In this document: positions 20,869 to 29,669 of the stretch, piece after piece
Numbering within the stretch: the stretch's first letter is position 1
Layout: each line of letters starts with the position of its first letter
Assembly (NCBI GenBank): GCA_965644315.1
Contig: CBFFRQ010000009.1
Coordinates: 1-32,598, forward strand
DNA: 32,598 bases
Direction: 5' to 3'
Source of the DNA: Caecitellus pseudoparvulus
Lineage: Eukaryota > Protista > Bigyra: Bicosoecida
Position numbers and translations under genes: made by a program
Notes under the pieces: model-generated
Database searches by the model: none
Seen by the model: the letters and a program-made list of their open reading frames with translations, nothing else
What the model was told of the DNA's origin: nothing

Positions 20869-23099
20869 TCAGCCAAAGAGATCGTCCACTGTGAGCCCCT
20901 CCAACACCTGCCGCACTTCTGCCGCCAGCCCGGGGGCTTTCACGCCACTCCCACTTGCGCAAACCAGGGGCTCCTCCTCTGCGTCTGCTTTCAGCGAAGA
21001 GAGTGTGCGGGGAGCAGCAAAGGCACGCGGCCGGCGCCGGGAAGCGTGGCCCTCGCTTGCCGCGGGCGAGCCGCCTCCAAGCACCTCCTGCTCGTCAGGC
21101 GAATCGACCAAGTCCACCACCTGATCCCCTACTGCCTCTGCTGCTGGAGATGCAGTCACCAGCGTTGAGTAGAACGCCAGCACCTCTGGATGTACCTTCA
21201 CGCTGGCTTGAGAAAAGCCTGACACTCGCATGCGGGGGAGGGACACACCACGGCTCAGGGCCACGTAGGCCTGCCCAAACTCAAACACTCCATCCACAGC
21301 CACGTCCAGGAAGTCAATGGTCATGCCCTGAGCCTTGTGGATGCTCAGCGCGTAGGCCAGTTTCAACGGCACCTGCGTCCGTACAGCCACCGGGTGCCCG
21401 CCCTGCTCGATGTTCCAGCTGCCCACCTGCACTGTGGACATGACGCTGCGCTCTTCGTCCCCTGGCCCTGCCCCAGGGGGTGCGAAGCGCACCCTTGGGA
21501 GGCGAGTCGGCCAGCCCCCCTCCTCGTTGGTGACAAAGTCCACCACCACCCCGCGGGCCCCATTCACCAGCCCTGCTGACGCGTCAAGGTTCTTCAGCAA
21601 GATGACTTGGGCCCCGGGCTTGAGCTCCAGCAGTGTGGGGGCGGAGCTGTTGGCGGCAAGCGCCCGCATGTGCCGCTCGTCCCCCGTGTCCTGGGCTTCG
21701 TACCGAACCACCTCGCCCTCGCACTTCCGCAGCTGCTCAGCATTGATGCGGTCCACGTCACGATTCCTCGCAAACAGCCTTGTGGGGGTGAGGCCTGCCA
21801 CGCCCCGCTTCACGTCTGCCCCTGCTCGCGACAACGTGCGCATGACCGCCGCGTCCACGTGGCCCACCCTCACCGCGTTCAGGACGCGCAGAAGAGCTGG
21901 GTCGCTTTGGCGGTACACTGTGCGCAGGACCACCTTGTGGGGAACCATGTCCTCCCAACAAGCCGCCTGGAACGCAAAGATGGGTCCACCCCCCGCCGCC
22001 GCCCCAGCCGCACCGCTCAGCAGCCCGACGGGGGGCAGTTGGAAGAAGTCCCCTGTCAGCACCACTTGCAGGCCACCAAACGGAGCTGAACTGCCCCGCA
22101 CTGCCCTGGCCACTTCCTCTGCCTTCTCCAGCAGGCGTCCGTCCAGCATGGACACTTCGTCTATGATCAGGCAGCGCGCGCTGCGCCACCGCGCCACGCT
22201 CGCGGGGGACTCCGTCACCTTCCGCACCAGCGCCCGCACAGGGCCCTTCCCCAGCCCGATGCCTGCGAACGAATGAAACGTCGTCCCACCCAGCGCGCAC
22301 GCTGCGATGCCCGTCGCAGCTGTCACGTGCACAGCTTCCGGTGCGCCGTACTTATCCCGCAGCGCCTCCACGCAGTGGCGCAGCAGGAACGACTTTCCCG
22401 TCCCAGCAGACCCCGTGAAAAAGACAGAGCTACCGCTGGTCACCAAGTCCCACACTTGTGCTTGCTCTGGAGACATGGACACCCCCCCACGCTCCACACT
22501 CGGCGCTTGAGCCGCAGGCACCTCGCAGGCTCGGAGGAGCGCTGAGGAAATGGCCGCCACCTGACTTGCACTTTGTGCAGACGCAGCCTTGACTGGAGCT
22601 ACGGCTACTGGCTGCCGGGGCCTCTTGGCTCCGCCATGTGGCGCTTGCCTCTGCAACGTGTGGAGACCTGTCCCTGCACGATGGCCGTGGCTCTGTTGAG
22701 TCGGCTGCAGTCCCTGCGCACCCGGCCGCCTGCTGGCCAGCTCCATGCCGCTGGGGCCCATGGACACGTGATTCAGACGAATCATTTCCAGAACCTTGGC
22801 TTTCACTTCGTGCCGTGGCACGCCAGATAGTCTGTGCGCGAAGGGACAAGAATGAGCGAAGCAATTTCCGCACACCCTCGCGCTCCGCGCAACACTCACG
22901 TCCCGAACAGCGCCTGGCGCCTCCACGCTCGAAGCTTCATGGAAAAGACGCCACAAAGCACATTGCATAGACCTTCGATGTCCAGCCTGCTGTCAGGGTG
23001 CTGTGCTGCGAAGGCCAGCACTGCGCCACGCACGTCTGGCGCTGGGCGATGACGGCCGCCTCCGCCTGCTCCTTGGCCTGACGCGCGCCCGGAGTCCAT
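20869..23099 (-). CDS. PIF1: PIF1-family 5'-3' DNA helicase (exons 23099-22900, 22831-20869)
   Basis: GSAGTGKS, IIDEVSML, GDFFQLPPV, YRQSD, LAYALSIHKAQGMT and GQAYVALSR. Confidence 0.95.
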
Positions 23100-23769
23100 G
23101 GCTGTCGCACAAGGCGCCCATCCCCAATAGGACCGGGCTGCCAACGACCGCGCCTGTCTCGTGTCCAGCGTCCAAGTGACTCTCAGGAATCTGCAGCCGT
23201 TTCTGGACGGAGAAGCTCCAAGGCTCGGACCAGACTTTGACAAGGCTCAAACCACACCAAACTGGACCGTGCGAGCACACCTTCCTCAAGGAGCTTTGGT
23301 TCCTTTTTGCTTTTGTAGTGGGTAAAAATTCTATCCTTTAGTGATTCATCTTTTTTACGTAGGTCTCCTGATTGCCCTACACAAACACGGCCTTAGTCCG
23401 AATGCTCCGCGAGTCGTCTGCAAATATTCCTCGTACTTCGAGACGGCTGGCACACTGCAACGCTGTCCAACGCGGGACGGCCGTGCATAGTACTGTTGCT
23501 CCCCACAAAATACGCTTGCTCTGAAGTTGTTTGCACCCGCTCCGCTGTGAGGCGGCCCTCCGCCGCTCACTTCCTTGGCCGCGGCATTTAGCTTTCATGC
23601 ACTCCAAGCTTTGCCTAAATTCACGGCACATGGGAAACTCCCTCCTTGCCTCTCTCTGCGTATAACATCCTTGCCGTCATTCCATCATACTCTGCATCCT
23701 TGCCGGCTGCCGTTTGTCTCCGTGCCCAGCGCAGGTCAACGCCAGAGAGAAACGCTCCGAGTGTTGAGC

Positions 23770-24870
23770 ATGGCCGCTGCTCGTGGCGCTGCGGCGAGCC
23801 CACTTGAAGCATCAATGGTTTCCATTGCACCACCCCACAGTGCTTCAAGTGACCCCCCCGCTTTGAGCCTGGGAGGCTCATCGACTGCGCTGGCCCCAGG
23901 GCACTTCAGCGCTGCCAGTCCCCTGGCAAGCAGGCGCAGCAGCTCCGCAGCAAGGCATTCCTTGGAGGTAGGAGATCCAGGGCCGGATGGAGGCCCATAC
24001 CCGGATGAAATCAGCGTCGAAGACTTCCTGCGCCAGACAGAGCTTGCCAACTTCAAGCTTTGCCACCAGCCGGCGAGGGAGCGTGTCAGTCTGGCCTCGT
24101 GCCTGATCCTGGCCATCATGGGGGCAGCGGCATGTCTTGTTCCCGTGGTGCTTGGCGGCCAGATCGTGTGGTACGGGGGCGTGGTGTTGCCATGCATCGT
24201 CTGCATTTGGCTGTTTTCGGAGTGGTACCCCATTCAAGTGCGCGTTACCGGCAGCCACCTGGGCGTGCGGTTCAAGTGGATGGACCTGCCACCTGAGCTG
24301 TCGGTGTGGCAGCTGACGCCCGTCAAGCTCGTGTCCAGCATCGACCACGTGGTGCAGAAGGATCTGCCTCCAGCGAGGTCCCCCTGCTGCACCAGTCGAG
24401 TCGACTTTCGCTTGTCGACGAACGGTTGCCTGCCGACAGGGGACGCTTGCGTCATTGAGTTCGCCCCGAGGCGGAAGAGCGCAAGGAAGGGTCGCGGCAA
24501 CACCACTCCCGTGGCAAGTCCGCCATCACAGCCAAGTGAGGACGGCCAGAACGTGCAAGGCGGGGGCCAGCCCGGCCAGTCATGCTGGGCAGCCGTGTTA
24601 CGACTGTGCTGCTGCGCAGGGAGCGTGACAGCCACGCCCAACACGATGCTCCTGACGCCAGCTGGCAACATGCACGTCTTCACACACCGCCTGCGCAATG
24701 CCGTGTTCATGTGGAAGAAAGGCGGTGCGCGGGTGGAGCACCACTTGAAAACCCTGGCATCGTTCCGGAACTTGGGCCTCAGTTCAAAGAGCTCCCGCCT
24801 GCTGAAGGGAGAAACGGTGCAAGTGGAAAACTCCCTGCAAGCCGCAGGCCCCGCACTGCAACGCAAGTAG
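23770..24870 (+). CDS. Hypothetical membrane protein with two adjacent hydrophobic helices
   Basis: Long ORF with first ATG at 23770; hydrophobic segments LASCLILAIMGAAACLVPVVLG and IVWYGGVVLPCIVCIWLF. Confidence 0.7.
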   Translation: MAAARGAAASPLEASMVSIAPPHSASSDPPALSLGGSSTALAPGHFSAASPLASRRSSSAARHSLEVGDPGPDGGPYPDEISVEDFLRQTELANFKLCHQPARERVSLASCLILAIMGAAACLVPVVLGGQIVWYGGVVLPCIVCIWLFSEWYPIQVRVTGSHLGVRFKWMDLPPELSVWQLTPVKLVSSIDHVVQKDLPPARSPCCTSRVDFRLSTNGCLPTGDACVIEFAPRRKSARKGRGNTTPVASPPSQPSEDGQNVQGGGQPGQSCWAAVLRLCCCAGSVTATPNTMLLTPAGNMHVFTHRLRNAVFMWKKGGARVEHHLKTLASFRNLGLSSKSSRLLKGETVQVENSLQAAGPALQRK

Positions 24871-24897
24871 GCTGGCACACCCACCCGCGCCTTGGAG

Positions 24898-27286
24898 TCA
24901 GCGTGAGTTGCGGGAGTCCTGCGTCAGGACGCGCAAGCGCTCGGACAGCGCGCCGCTCGCAGACTCCAAGGCACGCTGCAGTCCAGCGCCGCCCTCGAGA
25001 GACTCAGGCAGTGGGGCTGCCTCCAGCTCTAGCTGACTGCTTTCGGGGCCGAGGGGGTGTTCCAGCACGCCGGCTTGTCGCAGGGCATCTCGCATGGGCC
25101 CTGTGAACCCTTTGCCAGCCGAGAGCCGCTCGCTGGCTGGCTGCTCGGCATTGGCCTTTGCCAGGGCACGGCGCTTGGAAGGAAGCATGCGCCGCCTGGT
25201 GGCCTTTGGGCGTTCCTTGCCCCCTGCTTGCTGCACCGAGTCACGCTGGGGGGCCAACTGCTGCAAGTAGTGCTGGCGGCTGCTGGACAGGTCTCCCAGA
25301 GGCAGGCCGACAGAGGATGAGGCATGGATGGCCTTTGCCAGGGGAAGGTCCTTGCGAGTGACGAGGCTGGTGGCCACTCCCACTGCCCCTGCCCGCGCAG
25401 TGCGCCCCACGCGGTGCAAGAACTCCACAGGGCTGTCCGGGAAGTCCGCGGACACGACGTGCCCCACCAAGGGCAGGTCCAGCCCTCGGGCGCCAGCGTC
25501 CGTGCACACGAGGACAGGCGTCAAGCCGGCCTGGAATGCAGCGAACTCTTTCTGCCGCACCTTGAACGGCATGTCCTTGTGCAGGGCCACGTTGGGGATG
25601 CCGTGCTCGTCCAGCGCCCGCCCCGTCGCCCGCGCACTGGCGGCAGTGTTGACGAAGACAATGGTCCGGGGCAAGGCCAGCGACAGCGACTGCAGCACCG
25701 GCACTGCGCGCTCCCAGTCGGCCTGCAGCAGCGCGTCGGTGTTCACACCCACAAGGTCCAGCACGGGCGCAGAGGCTGCCTCACCGCTGCTGGCTCGGTG
25801 CAGTGCCTCCACAGACGCAGCTGCAGCGCGCACCATGCTCCTGGACACTGGCAGCTCAGCATCTGGCTCACGAACTTGGCTGTGTGCCGCAGGGGGGGAG
25901 TCACCGTCCCTTGGCGCCTCCTGCGCGGCAGCTCCGTCTGGCGTCGTTGCCAGCGTTGTCGACCACACACTGGGGGCAGCTGCATGGTGGGCAGGCGCCC
26001 TGCCTGAAGCAGCACTCACCGATGGTGCCACTGCAGCGCTGACTGCCTCCTGCCCTGGCATGCGGTCACGGGGGCTGCGCAGACTGCCAGCCGCCTGGAG
26101 CAGCGCCTTCAGCTGCCCCGTGCTCGCCACAGACTGCTGTCGTGGCGCATTGCCAGAGGCAAGGCTCAAGGGTTCACCTGACTCGATCGCCTTCATGATG
26201 CCCGGTCGCATGGCCATGTAGTATTGCTTGATGGAATCCACCAAGACAGCGTGCTTGTTGCCTGTTGCCCCGCCGCGAACCTGCACGAAGTGCTGCGTCA
26301 GCGCTGGGGGCGGGCGATTGCCGCTGGCGTCCCCACCCATGAGCACTTCGCCACCTGCCAAAGCGGCCGCTGCCTTGGTCGTCCCCTTCTTCGTCGTCGC
26401 GCCGGCGAAGATGAACTGCACCGCCCGGGCCTGCGTGGCAGCCGCGCCTCGAGCGGCCGTCGCGATGCGGCGCACCTGAGGGAGGAACCCCTCTGACTCG
26501 GACAGCAGCGTGTCTGCTTCATCCAGTACCAAAGTCGAGACGTCTGCCACAGACACTGACCGATCGTCCAGCAGTGCGAGCAGCCTGCCGGGAGTACAAA
26601 CGACTACGTCCGGTGCGTCAAGCAACGCCTTGCGCTGGGGAGCTGGCCTGGCGCCGCCGTAGACGCCCACGGTCCGAAGCTTGGCAGTTCGAGCAGTACT
26701 CTTGCACACTCCCTGTTGAGCCAGTGGGGGGGCGGCAGCGTGATGGCGTGGCGTGGCAGGGTGCGCGGGCAGGCCTACGCACCAGAACCTGGGCAACTAG
26801 TTCACGCGTTGGCACGATGATGAGCGCTCGAGGACGCTTAGGCCGAGCGGTGACTCCGTTCTCCTCTTCATCGACCTTCAAGCGGTGCACCAGGGGGGCC
26901 ACATAGGCCAGCGTCTTTCCTGACCCTGCGCTCGGCCGTGTTTTGTTGTGAAGAGAAGCCAGACGATGCGCAGCATGACTCCCTGCACCTACCAGTGTGC
27001 GAGTGAATGAAGACGTGGTCTCCAGCGACGACTTTAGGAATGCATGAAGCCTGCGGTCGCCAAGGCAGGGCAGGGTGAGGTGGGAACTCAACAAATGCGG
27101 CCGTAAAGCCCTTACTTGGACGGGTGTGGGCTCGTGAACAAGCTGCTGCGCGAGGCCTTGCTGCACGGCAGGGGATAGACCAAGAGCTTCAAATGACCCA
27201 GCCCACCGCACAGGAAGATGTAAGACTGGGCACAGCCGGGCACGTGCCGCTGCACGATGTGTGCCACAGCGCAAGGCTGCTGCCAT
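24898..27286 (-). CDS. DEAD-box RNA helicase, possibly organellar (DDX28/RH39-like); exons 27286-27116, 27050-26993, 26925-26783, 26712-24898
   Basis: Q motif (FEALGL..PTPVQ), HTGSGKT across the splice, PTREL, TPGRL, DEAD, ARGLD and HRVGRTAR; Arg/Ala-rich presequence-like N-terminus. Confidence 0.9.
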
Positions 27287-27484
27287 GCCTGTGCTGGGCC
27301 GGCGAAACGCAGGCGAAACGATGCACAACTCAGCACAACCCAGTACAACTCAGCACGGGTTCTGCTGCCAGCAGTTTGCAACGCCAAGGCTAACGTAAGG
27401 GTGAGTTCGCACGCTGCATTTTTCCACCTGCAACGGGGTGCACACGCTGGACTGCGGGGCAGAAGGGCTCACCAGTGAGGTCGG

Positions 27485-29494
27485 TCAGTCCAAGTCAGCG
27501 TCGGCAGGCGGCGGTGGAGGCAAGTTCAGCACAGCCCCTTCAGGGACAGCGGCAGGTGCCTCCTCTGCATCACCAGACTCAACTGCAGCTGCCGCCGTGG
27601 TGGAAGAAGCAGGGGCGGCGTCTTCCTGCGAGGGAGCAGGGGCAGCCGCTTCGTTGTACTGCGCCTCGGTGATGCGCGTGGCCACGATGGAGCGCTCGTC
27701 GAACTTGCGCCCCTTCATGGCTGCGGCGCACTTGTCTGCAGCAGCTTCATCTGCGAAACACACGAAGATCGGCACGCCTGCCTCGTCAGGCGTGCCCAGC
27801 GTGACGCCCTTCACGGTGCCGAATCCCGCACACTCCTCCTGCACCTCGCCCAGCACCTCCTGCACTTCCTCCCCATCGCTCAGCATGTCCAGGGTCAGGA
27901 TGCCGCCCAGCTGCACAGCAGGCTTTGGCCCAGCAGCCTCCTCCCCCTGCGGCTGGCCATCGGCCCCCAGCTCTGTGGCCTTGATGCACAGTGGCCGCCC
28001 GCCCATATCCAGGCCCTGCAGCTGGTCAGCCACAACCTCGTGCAAGGAGGGGTCTTCCAGACGGGCCTGCACGACGCCGGGCACTTCACTGCCCGCCGCC
28101 TCCACCGCCTCGCACGAGACGACCTTGCCGAACGGCTCCAGCACCTGCCGCACCGCCTCAGGCCCGAAGTCGTCCTTCAAGTTGCTCACGCGGAGCACAG
28201 GGTCTGCAGCACGCTCCCCAGCTCCGCCAGCACCCCCTGCCAGCGCGGCAAGGGCTGCGACAGTGTCTGCAGCTCCCGAACCCAGCTCGGTGGCGTTGGA
28301 GGAGGTGGCAGGGGGGGCCAGGGATGCCGCCATCTGTAGGTACGCCTTGGGTCGCCCCACCTTGAGAGCGTTGCCGTACAGCATGATGCCGTTAAGGGCG
28401 GTGGCAGCCTCCGCCTCCTTGGGGCCACGGAATTCGATGAAGCAGAAGCGCTGGTTAGCCTCATACCGCACGGCGGAAATGGGGTCTCCAGGCCCACTCG
28501 CTGCGCCAATGGCAGCCATGGCAGAAGTGAAGAACTCTTTCACCTGCGCAGGCAGAATGCCGGCGGGCAAATTGCCGATGTACAGCTCACGGGCAATTTT
28601 GTCGTTGGCTGGCACGGCAGCCTGGGACACCAGCGCAGCGGCACGGGCCACGGCCGCCATGGGGTCAGAGGCATCCGTCGACGATGTGGAGGGCGCTGAG
28701 CTGACCAAGGCTGAGACGGCCTGCGAGGCGGAGCCCGAGGCAGCGCCAGACACCCCTCCAAACGCACCTGCAGCTGCAGCGGCGACGCTGCCCCCACCCA
28801 GCTGCTTCAGCAGTTGAGCAACGGATGAGCCGACATCTACCTTGGTCTCTGGCGCTGCTCTGCCAGGGGGACTGCGAGAGCGTGGGCGAGCAGGGGACGG
28901 GGGCCGGTGGCCGTGGCGCGGTGGGCTGCGCCCGCGGTCATACCGCCCTCGGCTTCCACTCCAGGTGTGCCCTTGGTACCTGTCATCATAGTGGCCACGC
29001 CCACGGCGGTGGTAGCCCCTGCCATCATCGTACCGGGAACCTGAGCGGCGGTCATCATAGCGGCGGTCATCATGCCGTGAGCCCGAGCGGCGGTCATCGT
29101 AGCGGGAGCGAGACCGCCGATCGTCATACCGCGAGCGTGAGCGATAGTCATCATACCGTGGTCTGCTGCCACCCCGACTTCGTCCGCGGCTGCGGGAGGC
29201 GTCGCGGGATTGGCTCCGACGAGGGGACCTGCTTCGGCTGAGGATGTGGGAGGTGGCGCGGGAGTGCCAGCGCGGTGTCGGAAGGGCGTGCCTTGAGAGC
29301 GCTTGCTGCACGTACCCACGAGCAGGGCGAGACGTGCTGCGCCCAAACTCATCACGGGGAAGAGATTCGCCCCGTGTGTTCTTCTCTGCCTGGGTTGCGT
29401 CACTGTATGGGGCAAGGCGCTCCGTGCAGGCGACGCCGGGCAAGTGCGGAAATGGGTCCACGCACCTCGTAGAAAGAGCGCCGGTCTCAGCCAT
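27485..29494 (-). CDS. U2AF2: Splicing factor U2AF large subunit (exons 29494-29466, 29402-29316, 29237-27485)
   Basis: RS domain; RRM1 ARELYIGNLP..FCFIEF..LKVGRPKAY; a second RRM; C-terminal UHM EECAGFG..GRKFDERSIV. Confidence 0.85.
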   Translation of the reverse strand: MAETGALSTRCVDPFPHLPGVACTERLAPYSDATQAEKNTRGESLPRDEFGRSTSRPARGYVQQALSRHALPTPRWHSRATSHILSRSRSPRRSQSRDASRSRGRSRGGSRPRYDDYRSRSRYDDRRSRSRYDDRRSGSRHDDRRYDDRRSGSRYDDGRGYHRRGRGHYDDRYQGHTWSGSRGRYDRGRSPPRHGHRPPSPARPRSRSPPGRAAPETKVDVGSSVAQLLKQLGGGSVAAAAAGAFGGVSGAASGSASQAVSALVSSAPSTSSTDASDPMAAVARAAALVSQAAVPANDKIARELYIGNLPAGILPAQVKEFFTSAMAAIGAASGPGDPISAVRYEANQRFCFIEFRGPKEAEAATALNGIMLYGNALKVGRPKAYLQMAASLAPPATSSNATELGSGAADTVAALAALAGGAGGAGERAADPVLRVSNLKDDFGPEAVRQVLEPFGKVVSCEAVEAAGSEVPGVVQARLEDPSLHEVVADQLQGLDMGGRPLCIKATELGADGQPQGEEAAGPKPAVQLGGILTLDMLSDGEEVQEVLGEVQEECAGFGTVKGVTLGTPDEAGVPIFVCFADEAAADKCAAAMKGRKFDERSIVATRITEAQYNEAAAPAPSQEDAAPASSTTAAAAVESGDAEEAPAAVPEGAVLNLPPPPPADADLD

Positions 29495-29669
29495 GCTGTG
29501 CACCGACGGAAGTTGTGAACTACTGAACCGCCTCCAGATATCAACAGGACGAAGCCTGCATGCCCATACCACAGGCAAAGGTCGCCTTCGGGCATGAACC
29601 TGTCGCGGTGAAATTGCTTCTGAGGTCGAAGTGCATTGGACCCCGGCTGCAGCTAGCGGTCAGGCTGGC

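Noticed and set aside
20869-23099. PIF1 as part of a Helitron
   Set aside because: No HUH Rep domain or Helitron termini; it is a compact cellular-type PIF1 among housekeeping genes.
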